Below, piece after piece: positions 36,732 to 46,278 of a stretch of DNA of 64,000 nt. Where the stretch lies: NCBI GenBank assembly GCA_005772855.1, contig SXIK01000158.1, forward strand, positions 10,991 through 74,990, in the 5' to 3' direction. Made by a program: the position numbers and the translations under genes. The stretch's first letter is position 1. Each line of letters starts with the position of its first letter. The notes beneath the pieces are model-generated. The model was not told where the DNA came from. It did no database searches and was given only the letters and a program-made list of their open reading frames with translations. The DNA comes from Planctomycetia bacterium. Its GTDB lineage: Bacteria > Planctomycetota > UBA8108 > SXIK01.

Positions 36732-37709
36732 ATGGACACGAGGGCCGGTGGCGAGAGTGTCGCTCCCGGGCGGGGCCGATGGATTCGTCCTGTCGCTGGT
36801 ACCAGCCGGCACGGCGTACTGCAGCCCCGCAGCCCGGCCGATCTCGAGGAACTCGGCGGGCAGATCCTGCGCGATGCGCGCCGCCGCCTCGCCGGGTTAT
36901 CGGCTTTCGAACGAACGCTCGAGGACAAGATCCGTGCCCGGTGGGAGGAGGTTGAGCAGGAGGTCAGCCGGAGACTGGCTCGAGCCGAGGAGGAGGCCGC
37001 TATCCTGCAACGCAAGGCGGAAGGGGAGACCAAGGAGAAGACGACCCGACTCGAGAAGGAGGGTAGGTCGACGGGATTCCGCGAAGGGTTCGCAAGAGGA
37101 CGGGACGATGGATACCGTCTTGGACTCGAGGAGGGCCGGCGTGATGGTGCGCGCGAAGGCCATGAGGCTGCCTCACAACGCCTCGATGCCGAGCTTTCAA
37201 CCGCAATTCAGGCAGTTGCAGGAGCTGCTGCACGCCTCCGCGAGGCATCCCTGCGCCTCGAACAGGAGGCCAGGGACGGGTTTCTTCACCTGGCAATGGA
37301 GATCGCGAAGAAACTGGTGAAGCGTGAGATTCGGTTGGTGGATGACGTCGCTGTGCGCAATCTTGAGCGAGCGATCGAACTCATTTTCAGGCGCGGCAGT
37401 CTGGTAGTTCAGGTCAACCCAGAAGACGCGCCGCTTGTGGAAAAGGCGCTGGCTGGCAAGCCTCGCTGGGCAGAAGGCTTTGACTCGGTGGACGTTCATC
37501 CCTCGGCTGACCTCGGCAGAGGCGGCTGCCGGCTACTCTCTGGCTCCGGAATCTGCGACATGTCGATGGAAACGCAGCAGGGTCTGATCGAGGAGGCGCT
37601 CTTCGCCACGACGCACTTGGCGGACGAGAAGCCCGAGGATGATCAAGAGCCGAAGAGGGCCTGGGACGAAACTGCGAAGACTCATTCCGCGGAGGGCTTT
37701 GGCCTGTGA
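36732..37709 (+). CDS. fliH: Flagellar assembly protein FliH
   Basis: Position between fliG and fliI. Glu/Arg-rich coiled coil. REGFARGRDDGYRLGLEEGRRDGAREG resembles the FliH EGY..G...G repeat region. Confidence 0.6.
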   Translation: MDTRAGGESVAPGRGRWIRPVAGTSRHGVLQPRSPADLEELGGQILRDARRRLAGLSAFERTLEDKIRARWEEVEQEVSRRLARAEEEAAILQRKAEGETKEKTTRLEKEGRSTGFREGFARGRDDGYRLGLEEGRRDGAREGHEAASQRLDAELSTAIQAVAGAAARLREASLRLEQEARDGFLHLAMEIAKKLVKREIRLVDDVAVRNLERAIELIFRRGSLVVQVNPEDAPLVEKALAGKPRWAEGFDSVDVHPSADLGRGGCRLLSGSGICDMSMETQQGLIEEALFATTHLADEKPEDDQEPKRAWDETAKTHSAEGFGL

Positions 37710-39037
37710 GGCATCACACCCAGTTGGTTCAGGATGTGTTCCCTGCCGTGCTCGAAGGGCAGGTCCACCGCGTTCTGGGGTTAACCGCGGAGAGCCGGGG
37801 TCTTTTCGCTCCGGTGGGGGGCTCGTGTGAAATTCTCTGCCGCGACGGGCAGAGGCTCGAGGCCGAGGTTGTTGGTTTTCGCCAAGATCATGCGATTGTG
37901 GCCCCTTACGGGGATATCCGCGGGATCTCCGCCGGAGACAGGATCGTCTACCGGGGCAAGAGCGCTTGCGTCCGGGTGGGGCAGGGGCTGATCGGCCACG
38001 TCATTGACGCAGAGGGCAAGTCGCTCGACAGTCAACAGATCCGAGGCCCCCTGATCGAGGTTCCGCTTCACTGCTCACCGGGCAATCCACTCTTGCGCAG
38101 CCGTGTTGAAAGGGTCCTGGTGACGGGTGTTCGATCGATCGACGGATTGACGACGGTGGGCCGGGGTCAACGGATGGGAATTTTTGCAGGCAGCGGCGTC
38201 GGCAAGAGCGTGCTCCTTGGCATGATCGCGCGAAACACGGACGCATCCGTGGTCGTGATCGGTCTTATCGGTGAGCGGAGTCGGGAGGTGCGGGAGTTTG
38301 TCGAGCGGAATTTGGGCCAGGAGGGCTTGCGTCGGTCAGTCGTTGTGGCGGCCACGAGCGAGGAGCCTGCCTTGCGGCGCATTCAGGCCTCGCTAGTAGC
38401 CATGGCCGTGAGCGAGCACTTCCGGGATCAGGGCCACGACGTTCTCCTGCTGGTGGATTCGTTGACTCGCGTGGCAACAGCGCAAAGGGAGCTCGGTCTG
38501 AGCTGCGGCGAGCCGCCGGCGACGAAGGGGTATCCGCCGTCGGTTTTTGCCATGCTGCCTCGGCTCCTCGAACGAGCGGGGCCAGCGTCGAGGGGCAGCA
38601 TCACGGGCTTCTACACGGTGCTTGTGGAGGCGGACGACCCACACGATCCCATCGCTGATTGTGCCCGTAGCGTGCTGGACGGCCATCTCTGGCTCTCCCG
38701 CGAGTCTGCCGAGCGAGGTGTCTTCCCTGCTGTCGATCCCCTGGGAAGCCTGAGCCGGGTGCAGTCGAGCATCGTGGACGCTCGGCATCTGGCGGCCGGG
38801 CTTGCGCTTCGTGCGCATCTGGCCCGGTACAGGCAGGTCGAGGACTTGATCCGCATGGGAGCTTACGTGCCCGGAGCCGATCCCGAGGTGGACGAGTCGG
38901 TCCAGTTGTTCCCGAAGATTGAGGCTTTTCTCCGCCAGGACAAGGGCGAGGCAGCCAGCTTCGAGCGAACTGTCGCTGGCCTTGAAGCTCTGGTCGAGGA
39001 AAATAACCCAACGGCTTCCAGGAGGGCTGGAGCATGA
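37706..39037 (+). CDS. fliI: Flagellum-specific ATP synthase FliI
   Basis: Walker A GIFAGSGVGKSVLLGMI, Walker B LLLVDSLTRVATAQRE. F1/V1-like ATPase, 443 aa. Overlaps fliH stop. Confidence 0.9.
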   Translation: MRHHTQLVQDVFPAVLEGQVHRVLGLTAESRGLFAPVGGSCEILCRDGQRLEAEVVGFRQDHAIVAPYGDIRGISAGDRIVYRGKSACVRVGQGLIGHVIDAEGKSLDSQQIRGPLIEVPLHCSPGNPLLRSRVERVLVTGVRSIDGLTTVGRGQRMGIFAGSGVGKSVLLGMIARNTDASVVVIGLIGERSREVREFVERNLGQEGLRRSVVVAATSEEPALRRIQASLVAMAVSEHFRDQGHDVLLLVDSLTRVATAQRELGLSCGEPPATKGYPPSVFAMLPRLLERAGPASRGSITGFYTVLVEADDPHDPIADCARSVLDGHLWLSRESAERGVFPAVDPLGSLSRVQSSIVDARHLAAGLALRAHLARYRQVEDLIRMGAYVPGADPEVDESVQLFPKIEAFLRQDKGEAASFERTVAGLEALVEENNPTASRRAGA

Positions 39038-39495
39038 GCTCACTTTCCAGGGACCGTCTGAAGGTGGTGGATGCGGTCTTCACAGTGCGCGATGTGGAAG
39101 AGCAGCAGGCCGGCTCCCGGCTTCACGTGAAGCAGATGGAGATCTTGCGGCTCAAGACGGAGATCGAAGGCCTGAAAGAGCGTCGCAAGGCGGTATTGTT
39201 ACACCAGGGACGGGATGTTCTCCGGGGGAGGTTACTCCTCGATGCGCTGTTCAAGATCTCTCTGGATCGAGCCAGAAGGCTCGAGGCCTTGAGCCTCCAG
39301 GCTGCTGTCCTGTTGGGTGATTGGAGGCAGGCCAGGACCCGAAAAGATGCCGCCGAGGCCTTCAGGGAACGGCGCCGAAGGGAGAGAGAGCTCGTCTTGA
39401 CGCGCCGCGACGACATGGCAGTCGCCATGCTTGCGGCTGCAAGGTCGCAAAGGGAGAACACGCTCGAGGAGGAGGATCTGTGCGAGGAATGCTGA
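39034..39495 (+). CDS. fliJ: Flagellar export chaperone FliJ-like coiled-coil protein
   Basis: 153-aa highly charged coiled-coil protein immediately after fliI, translationally coupled. Position and composition are as expected for FliJ. Confidence 0.5.
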   Translation: MSSLSRDRLKVVDAVFTVRDVEEQQAGSRLHVKQMEILRLKTEIEGLKERRKAVLLHQGRDVLRGRLLLDALFKISLDRARRLEALSLQAAVLLGDWRQARTRKDAAEAFRERRRRERELVLTRRDDMAVAMLAAARSQRENTLEEEDLCEEC

Positions 39496-40337
39496 GAGCT
39501 TACAGCCTCGTCTCGAGCGTGGTGTCCGGACTTGGACTCTTGACCCTGGTGGCGGGAGGGGCGTTGTATCTTGCTGCGCCGGAAAAATCGGCTGACATTT
39601 GGGGACAAGTGATTGCGAAGGTCGCCAGCACTTGCCCTCAAGGCCCCAGGTGCGAAACCCACGTCGAGAAAATTGCCGAGTCGCTTGTACCTGGCCGGAC
39701 ACCGATCGCAGCCACGAGCAGCGGACGTTTGGACCCGTCCCGCGCTGCCTTGGCGGCGGTCGAGCCAGCCGCGCCGGAATCGAGTATTGATCTCCTCGCT
39801 CTCGAGACCCGGTTGCGATATCTCGAGGGGGCAGTACCCACGGTGGCTCCCTCGGCCTCTTCAGGCAAGCCTGTGCCTTCAACCATGGAGAAACTGGCTG
39901 CCTGGGAGTCCCTACGAGGGCCGTTGCTTGCGTTTCTGAGCGTGTCGCAACCGCTGGAGAATACCCCCGAGGCCCTCTCTGCGGTAGCCCCCATCGAGTC
40001 GCTGGCGCCCAGGATCTCGGCGAGGCTCAAGACTCTCTCGACCGAATGGAGTGAGTTTGGCCGTCGGCTTGTCGAGGGCTTGTCCGCCTCGACGGTCGTC
40101 CGTCTTCTGGCCGATGATTCAACGATTTCCGATGTAAAGGCTGTCGCGCTCCTGCGCAGACTTGGTGCCGAGGAGGCCCGAGAAGCCGTTGAGAGGTTGG
40201 CGCGACGCTTGCCCCGGCGAGCCGCCCATCTACTGGACGGGCTTGTCCCGGTGCCGCGCGCGGCGGGTCCGGATGGCGAAGGGCAGGCCCACCCTGGGCT
40301 CGACGATTCGAACCGAGAAGGAAAATCTGATGGATAG
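39489..40337 (+). CDS. Flagellar operon membrane protein with C-terminal MgtE_N/FliG-like domain (FlbB/YlxF/MotE-like)
   Basis: Internal start MLRAYSLVSSVVSGLGLLTLVAGGALYL (single TM), Pro/Ala/Ser linker, C-terminal VVRLLADDSTISDVKAVALLRRLGAEEAREAVERL resembling the MgtE_N (PF03448) fold found in FlbB/YlxF/MotE. Confidence 0.45.
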   Translation: MLRAYSLVSSVVSGLGLLTLVAGGALYLAAPEKSADIWGQVIAKVASTCPQGPRCETHVEKIAESLVPGRTPIAATSSGRLDPSRAALAAVEPAAPESSIDLLALETRLRYLEGAVPTVAPSASSGKPVPSTMEKLAAWESLRGPLLAFLSVSQPLENTPEALSAVAPIESLAPRISARLKTLSTEWSEFGRRLVEGLSASTVVRLLADDSTISDVKAVALLRRLGAEEAREAVERLARRLPRRAAHLLDGLVPVPRAAGPDGEGQAHPGLDDSNREGKSDG

Positions 40338-40737
40338 TTCAACAGTCGAAAAAGAGGCTCTGTTAAACCTGCTCAAGAGAGTCCAGGGCACGCCACCGCC
40401 TTCCCAGGGAGCGGGAGCCGCAGCCAAGTTTCCGGAAGCCGCCTCAATGGAGGAGCTTCCTGAGTCCGACCCGCGGCGTGCGCGTGCAGACTTGTTCCGC
40501 TCCGTTCACTTGAAAGTGCGCGTTGAGTTGGGCCGCGTTCAGGTGCCACTGAAGGAGATCCTCAAGCTAACGCCGGGGGCTGTGGTCGACCTCGACCGGC
40601 TCGCAGACGACCCCGTTGACGTCTACGTTGACGATCTCCTGATCGCCCGGGGCGAGGTTATCGTCGTCAACGACTGTTTCTGCGTCAGGTTGACCGAGGT
40701 GTTCTCGCAGAGCGAACCCGGCGAGGTGCGGTCATGA
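40330..40737 (+). CDS. fliN: Flagellar motor switch protein FliN (SpoA domain)
   Basis: C-terminal VELGRVQVPLKEILKLTPGAVVDLDRLADDPVDVYVDDLLIARGEVIVVNDCFCVRLTEV is the FliN/SpoA surface-presentation-of-antigens domain. Confidence 0.8.
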   Translation: MDSSTVEKEALLNLLKRVQGTPPPSQGAGAAAKFPEAASMEELPESDPRRARADLFRSVHLKVRVELGRVQVPLKEILKLTPGAVVDLDRLADDPVDVYVDDLLIARGEVIVVNDCFCVRLTEVFSQSEPGEVRS

Positions 40738-41372
40738 GGTCAGGGGGTTGCTCCGTTTTCGCGAGCGTCTTACTCATGGTCTGCATGGCTCTTCCGGCCA
40801 GTGCAGAGGATACGAAGGTTCGTCAAAAGCAAAGTCTTGCCGACCTCTTCGGCGAAAATCCGGATTCCCAGGAGGGACAGGAGGCCTCCTCACGCGAGAC
40901 GTCCGGCCTGGCGGTCAAGGCAGCGTTGTGGTCTGGCGTCTTGATCGCCGGCGCCTGCTGCCTTGGGGTTGTGCGAAGGGCCAGCAAGAGATCCAAGGTT
41001 CAACACGCGAGCCCTGGAGGGGTCGAGGTGGCGGGGCGCATTTTCCTTTCACACAAACAGTCAGTCTTTGTCTTGCGGCTGGGTGGTAAGCGACTTGCTG
41101 TGGGAGTCGGCGGGGACCGGATCACACCTCTGGGAATTTGGGACGAGTCCCCGGACAGTCCTGCACTCCCCGAGCATTCCGCTCCGGTGCCCGCAAGGAC
41201 CAATGGTTTCACCATTCGTCCAGAGGATCGAGAGGGGATGTTGGCTGCCAAGGCCTTCCGGGACACCGATTTTCTCCCCTATCGAAAGCAAGTGGAGAGG
41301 CTGCGAGGGCTCTTGCGGGGTTTGCGTCCAGAGGACAATCCGGGCCCTGGACTACAGGACACAAATCCGTGA
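40734..41372 (+). CDS. fliO: Flagellar biosynthesis protein FliO
   Basis: Signal/TM followed by a single TM and SVFVLRLGGKRLAVGVGGDRITPL, characteristic of FliO. Coupled between fliN and fliP. Confidence 0.55.
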   Translation: MRSGGCSVFASVLLMVCMALPASAEDTKVRQKQSLADLFGENPDSQEGQEASSRETSGLAVKAALWSGVLIAGACCLGVVRRASKRSKVQHASPGGVEVAGRIFLSHKQSVFVLRLGGKRLAVGVGGDRITPLGIWDESPDSPALPEHSAPVPARTNGFTIRPEDREGMLAAKAFRDTDFLPYRKQVERLRGLLRGLRPEDNPGPGLQDTNP

Positions 41373-42211
41373 TGCGTCCACAGGGCTGGAAGACGATCGG
41401 GCTCACAAGCAGCGCGCTCTGCTGCTCCGCGCAGCTATTCGGGGCAGAAGATTCGGCCCTCGAGGCGCTTGTGAAGACGATTTCGGGGTCGAATCCTGGA
41501 GGCGCGGCATCCTCGATTCGTGCCTTCGTTGCGATCACGGTCCTGGGTGTTGTGCCCTCGATCGTGCTGCTGGGAACCTCGTTCCCGCGCATTCTGGTTG
41601 TCTTGTCCTTTCTAAGGAGGGCCCTGGGGGCGCAGGACCTCCCCTCGAACCAGATCCTCGCTGGACTTAGCCTGATTCTGACCGCGATCGTGATGACCCC
41701 CGTCTGGAAGCGTGTGCATGAAGAAGCGTACCTGCCGCTCTCCCGAGGCGAGCTCAAGACCGTGGATGAGGCGCTGGCCAAGGCTTCCTTGCCGCTCAAG
41801 AAATTCATGCTTTCGCACACCTTTGAAAGGGACTTGAGGCTCTTTGTCGAGCTTTCCGAGGCGAAGCCTGCGAATTTGGACCCGACGAGCGTGGCAACCT
41901 CCGTATCCTCGCCGCCGGATGTCCCGGCCGACACATCGCCCAGGACCGTCGAAGACCTGAACTTCTTCGTTGTGTTCCCCGCTTTTGTCCTGAGTGAGCT
42001 CAAGGTCGCGTTTCAGATGGGCTTCCTGATTTACCTGCCCTTTCTTGTGATTGATCTGGCGGTCTCGGCAGTGCTCGTATCCATGGGCATGTTCCTGATG
42101 CCGCCTTCCATGGTCTCGATCCCACTGAAGATACTTGTGTTTGTCCTGGCGGACGGCTGGAACCTGGTCTTGGCCCAGCTTGTCCAGGGATTTCAAGCGT
42201 TGAATGGATAA
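41372..42211 (+). CDS. fliP: Flagellar export apparatus protein FliP
   Basis: Signal peptide then conserved FliP blocks (PRILVVLSFLRRALG..., MGFLIYLPFLVIDLAVSAVLVSMGMFLMPP). Confidence 0.9.
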   Translation: MRPQGWKTIGLTSSALCCSAQLFGAEDSALEALVKTISGSNPGGAASSIRAFVAITVLGVVPSIVLLGTSFPRILVVLSFLRRALGAQDLPSNQILAGLSLILTAIVMTPVWKRVHEEAYLPLSRGELKTVDEALAKASLPLKKFMLSHTFERDLRLFVELSEAKPANLDPTSVATSVSSPPDVPADTSPRTVEDLNFFVVFPAFVLSELKVAFQMGFLIYLPFLVIDLAVSAVLVSMGMFLMPPSMVSIPLKILVFVLADGWNLVLAQLVQGFQALNG

Positions 42212-42236
42212 TAAAACCACAGCATGAGGAGGACCC

Positions 42237-42503
42237 ATGGAAAACTTGGACGCGGTCGTCGCAATAGCGCAGCGGGCGTTGATCGTGACGCTGGAGATCT
42301 CCTTGCCCATCCTGCTCGTGGGGCTTTGCGTCGGGCTCTGCGTGAGTCTTTTTCAGGCAGTGACGCAGATTCAGGAACAAACCCTCGCTTTTCTGCCCAA
42401 GTTGATCGCCATGGCCACGGCCCTCATTTTCCTTCTGCCCTGGCTTCTTTCCGTGATCACGGAATATGCGCGCGAAATGTTGAGCGAGCTGGGAGCTGTG
42501 TAA
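42237..42503 (+). CDS. fliQ: Flagellar export apparatus protein FliQ
   Basis: 88-aa two-TM protein with FliQ signature (LEISLPILLVGLCVGLCVSLFQAVTQIQEQTLAFLPK). Confidence 0.9.
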   Translation: MENLDAVVAIAQRALIVTLEISLPILLVGLCVGLCVSLFQAVTQIQEQTLAFLPKLIAMATALIFLLPWLLSVITEYAREMLSELGAV

Positions 42504-42509
42504 GGAGCC

Positions 42510-43274
42510 ATGAATTTCGATTGCTGGACTCTGGCTGCGTCAAGGCTTCTCGGGCTTTGCCTGGCCTCACCCTTTCTCGGCGGCGTGCCCTGGAGAATCC
42601 GGTGGGCTGTGCCAGTGGTCTTCGCGCTCGGGATGCCGGGTGTGGCCACCTCGGGCGCGACACGCTGGGATTTGTCCCAGCCCTGGATCGCCGCGATGAC
42701 GTTGGGAGGCGAATTGGCGCTCGGCTTCGTGCTCGGGTGGAGCTCGATCCTCGTGCTCGGAGCGATCCGGGGTGTCGCCTTACTCATCGTGGATCAATCG
42801 AGCCTTGCGCTCGGGAGCGCGAACGATTCGGGGGCGAGCGACGGCCCACCGGCACTGGCGGACTTCTATTCCATCCTGGTCCTTGCGCTCATCGTGACGC
42901 TCGATTTGCATCATGCGGTGCTCCGCGCCGCAGCGTGGAGCTTCAATACCGTGCCGCCAGGAGAGATGTCCTTCGCCAGGGTTCCCGCCGCCATGGAGAA
43001 GCTCCTTGCGCAGGCGGGACCGCACCTCTTCGAGGCGGCGATGTGCATCGGCTTCCCGGTACTGAGCGTGCTTCTCATCACAGGTCTGGGGCAGGCCGTG
43101 CTCGCACGGGTATTGCCCGAGGTCGACTACTTCGCCTTTGGCCCCGCCTTGAGATCAGCGGTGGGGCTGGGAGTTGCGTGTGTGTCGCTTCCCTTCTTCG
43201 CGGACGCGTCGAGGTCCCTCTTCGGAAACGCAATTCTGCAAGGAAGCCAGGTTCTAAGTGGCATGGGACGTTAA
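42510..43274 (+). CDS. fliR: Flagellar export apparatus protein FliR
   Basis: 254-aa polytopic membrane protein directly after fliQ and before flhB. FliR-like hydrophobicity pattern. Confidence 0.85.
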   Translation: MNFDCWTLAASRLLGLCLASPFLGGVPWRIRWAVPVVFALGMPGVATSGATRWDLSQPWIAAMTLGGELALGFVLGWSSILVLGAIRGVALLIVDQSSLALGSANDSGASDGPPALADFYSILVLALIVTLDLHHAVLRAAAWSFNTVPPGEMSFARVPAAMEKLLAQAGPHLFEAAMCIGFPVLSVLLITGLGQAVLARVLPEVDYFAFGPALRSAVGLGVACVSLPFFADASRSLFGNAILQGSQVLSGMGR

Positions 43275-43301
43275 GAAGCAAGTGATCGAGAGCTCTTCGA
43301 G

Positions 43302-44099
43302 ATGAGTGAACGAGAGCAGCAGACAGAAGAAGCAAGCCAGCACCGACGGGAGGAGGCCCGGCGAAGCGGGAATCTTCCACGTAGCCGTGACCTCACCGCC
43401 GCTCTGGGGTTACTGGCTGCTTGCGTCGCGCTTCAGTGGCTGGGCCCGATCTTTTTTGGTCGCGCCAAGGTAGTCTTCTCGGAAGCCCTCGCGGGGATTG
43501 GCTCCGAATCGCGGGCGCTGTCGCTGGAATCAGCCTCCATTCATGTGTCACGGCAGGCCTTTCAGTTCCTACTCATGGCCGCGCCCCTGGGGATTGCGCT
43601 CGCCGTCGGATCGACAGCCTCTGGAGTTCTGCAAGGTGGGCTTCTGTTCCGGTGGCAGTCGTTGGGACCTGAGCTCTCGCGATTGAGCCCGACCCAGGGG
43701 CTCGCACGAATCCTTCGACTTCGAAATGGAGCTCGTGGTCTCTTTTCCCTCGGCAAGGTCGCGATGGTCGGCTGGCTAGGTTTTCGATCCATTCTGCAGC
43801 TTCTCGAGGCCGGGCGCTCCCCTCTTGACTCGAGTGCATCCTTTGTGAAGGACGCGTGGGGCTGGCTCTGGGTGGAAGCCTCCGCCCTCAGTGTGAGAGT
43901 CGCTGGCGCCTTGGCGGTGCTTGCTCTTCTCGACTACGGGTTTCAGCGGTGGCTCCACGGACGCGATCTCAGAATGTCTCGATCCGAGATGATCCAGGAG
44001 CTCAACGAGCTGGAGGGCAACCCGGAGCTCAAGAGTCGCCGGCGAGGCCTGCGCAAGTTGATGCTACGAAAAGTCCGTTCAAGCGAAGCAGGTGCTTGA
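43302..44099 (+). CDS. flhB: Flagellar export switch protein FlhB, C-terminally truncated (TM domain plus linker only)
   Basis: N-terminus SEREQQTEEASQHRREEARRSGNLPRSRDL matches FlhB. Four TM segments. Ends at ...MSRSEMIQELNELEGNPELKSRRRGLRKLMLRKVRSSEAGA, immediately before where the NPTH autocleavage motif and the C-terminal subdomain would follow. flhA starts 4 nt later. Confidence 0.8.
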   Translation: MSEREQQTEEASQHRREEARRSGNLPRSRDLTAALGLLAACVALQWLGPIFFGRAKVVFSEALAGIGSESRALSLESASIHVSRQAFQFLLMAAPLGIALAVGSTASGVLQGGLLFRWQSLGPELSRLSPTQGLARILRLRNGARGLFSLGKVAMVGWLGFRSILQLLEAGRSPLDSSASFVKDAWGWLWVEASALSVRVAGALAVLALLDYGFQRWLHGRDLRMSRSEMIQELNELEGNPELKSRRRGLRKLMLRKVRSSEAGA

Positions 44100-44102
44100 T
44101 CC

Positions 44103-46253
44103 ATGGAAGCCCCAATATCTCTCAACAGAAAGACTTTTCTTGACTACCTGTCGAGGGACTCCGATCTCATCTTGGCCGGTGGGATTCTCGCAATCTTGCT
44201 CGTCATCGTTGTGCCTCTTCCGTCACTCCTGCTCGATGCGCTCTTGATCTTGAACATCGGGGGATCGACTCTGCTCCTTCTCTCCGTGGTCTGTGCGGCC
44301 CGGCCTCTTGACTTCAGCACGTTTCCATCGGCCCTCCTCCTGGTGACGTTTTTTCGCCTGGCCTTGAACATTGCCTCGACTCGCCTGATCCTCGGCAATG
44401 CGGATACTGGAGGCGTGTCTGCTGCCGGAGAAGTCATTGAAGCCTTTTCCGCTTTCGTGGCGGGGAGCAACCTCATCGTCGGATTCGTCGTCTTTGTCAT
44501 CTTGGTGGTCGTACAGTTCATCGTCATCACCAAGGGCACGACTCGAATCTCAGAGGTGGCAGCTCGTTTCAGCCTGGACGCCATGCCGGGCAAACAGCTC
44601 AGCATTGACGGAGACCTGGCCGCTGGCACGATCACGGAGGCCGAGGCGCGCAAGCTGCGACGGTATCTTTCCGAAGAGGCGTCCTTCTACGGCTCGATGG
44701 ATGGCGCCAGCAAGTTCGTTCGAGGCGAGGCCGTGGCGGGAATTTTCATTGTTCTGACCAACTTGCTCGGCGGCTTTTTTCTCGGGACCCTTTACTACGG
44801 GATGGACCTTGGAACTGCAGCCAGCGTATTTACTCGCCTCTCCCTCGGTGATGGATTTGTGACGCAGGTGCCGGCCTTGATGGTCTCGGTTGCCACGGCA
44901 CTCCTTGTCACCCGGAGCGCCAACAAGGAAGTCCTTGGTCGCGAATTGGGCAGCCAGCTTTTTCTGAGCGAGCGCACGCTTTTTGCGGCCGCAGCTTTCC
45001 TGGTGCTCCTCTTGCCTTCGGGGCTGCCCGTGTGGGGGCTCCTCATGGGCGCGGCGTTGTGCTGCGGCTCCGGGTACCTGGCATTGCGTCACAGGTCGGG
45101 GCGGGATCCGCTCACGGCCGAGCCGGAGGGCCAAAACCCCTCGAAGTCTGAGTCGCCCGATGCTCGAGCTCGCTCCCTTCTCGTATTGGAGCCGATTGAG
45201 CTGGAGATCGGATTTCGGCTTGTCGGGCTCGTTGACGATGCCCAGGGCGGTGACTTGATGGCCCGTCTCTCGCGAGTGCGAGAAAACGTTGCCGTCGAGA
45301 TGGGGCTTGTCGTTCCGGCGATCAAGGTGATTGACAACACACGGCTCCACCCCACCGAATACTCGATCAAGTTGAGGGCCAACCGCGTCGGTAGGTGGCG
45401 AGTGCGGCCAGGCAAATGGCTCGTCAGTGCTGAAGCTGGACCTCCTCACGGCATCCAGGGCTCGAGCGGGCCCGATCCGGTCACGGGGAAGCCGGGGCTC
45501 TGGATTGACGACGCTCAGTGCTCGCAGGCTGCCGACATGGGCTATCGCGTGCGCAAGGTTTCCGAGGTCATCGCGGACCACCTCGACAGCCTGATCCGGA
45601 TGCACGCTTCAGAAGTCTTGACGCGCGAAGAGGTTTCACGACTGATTCATGACTTGAGAAAGCGTGCCCCAGCCCTCGTCGATGAGCTGATCCCTGGCAC
45701 CCTGAAGCTTGGAGATGTGCACAAGGTCTTGCAGTTGCTTCTCCGGGAGCAGGTGAGTATTCGGGACCTTGAGACGATCCTGGAGACGCTTGCGGACCAC
45801 GGCGACCGTACTCGAGACACGCGAGAGCTGACGGAGCGGGTTCGCCGAGCTCTCTCGCGAAGCATTTGTATCTCGCTTGCCAAGCGAGATGGATCCATTC
45901 ATGCGGCGCTTTTTGATCCCGCGCTCGAGGAGTTTCTTCAGGGTTCCATGGAGAAGTCGGAGCGTGGTCTACGGCTTGCGATCGAACCCGAGATGGTCGA
46001 GACGCTGGTGGATAGCATCGTCGAGCAGGTGAGCCGTCTGGGCAACGCGAAGCAGCCCCCAGTTCTTGCCTGCTCCGGGCTCATTCGATCGCATATCCGA
46101 GACCTGATTGCTGGACGAGTGCCCCTGTGCTCGGTGCTGGCGTACGAGGAGGTGGGCGAGGAGTTCAGGCTGGAGTCGTCCGGGACGATCGTGCTGGAGC
46201 GCGACGTCCTTGGCATCGGGAGAGAGACCGTATTGAACCGAATGAACAGTTAG
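44103..46253 (+). CDS. flhA: Flagellar export apparatus protein FlhA
   Basis: 716 aa. N-terminal 8-TM domain with FHIPEP signature region, large cytoplasmic C-terminal domain. Confidence 0.9.
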   Translation: MEAPISLNRKTFLDYLSRDSDLILAGGILAILLVIVVPLPSLLLDALLILNIGGSTLLLLSVVCAARPLDFSTFPSALLLVTFFRLALNIASTRLILGNADTGGVSAAGEVIEAFSAFVAGSNLIVGFVVFVILVVVQFIVITKGTTRISEVAARFSLDAMPGKQLSIDGDLAAGTITEAEARKLRRYLSEEASFYGSMDGASKFVRGEAVAGIFIVLTNLLGGFFLGTLYYGMDLGTAASVFTRLSLGDGFVTQVPALMVSVATALLVTRSANKEVLGRELGSQLFLSERTLFAAAAFLVLLLPSGLPVWGLLMGAALCCGSGYLALRHRSGRDPLTAEPEGQNPSKSESPDARARSLLVLEPIELEIGFRLVGLVDDAQGGDLMARLSRVRENVAVEMGLVVPAIKVIDNTRLHPTEYSIKLRANRVGRWRVRPGKWLVSAEAGPPHGIQGSSGPDPVTGKPGLWIDDAQCSQAADMGYRVRKVSEVIADHLDSLIRMHASEVLTREEVSRLIHDLRKRAPALVDELIPGTLKLGDVHKVLQLLLREQVSIRDLETILETLADHGDRTRDTRELTERVRRALSRSICISLAKRDGSIHAALFDPALEEFLQGSMEKSERGLRLAIEPEMVETLVDSIVEQVSRLGNAKQPPVLACSGLIRSHIRDLIAGRVPLCSVLAYEEVGEEFRLESSGTIVLERDVLGIGRETVLNRMNS

Positions 46254-46278
46254 GGCATTCGGCGAAAAAAAAGAAATT

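Noticed and set aside
34928-37033. 701-aa ORF on the minus strand opposite fliF/fliG/fliH (similar long antisense ORFs at 10110-11132, 44550-45605, 41209-42003, 56027-56830, 1702-2712, 22179-22772)
   Set aside because: The translations are Arg/Ala/Pro-rich low-complexity sequences. They lie antisense to genes with clear homology. This is a typical artefact of high GC content with rare stop codons.
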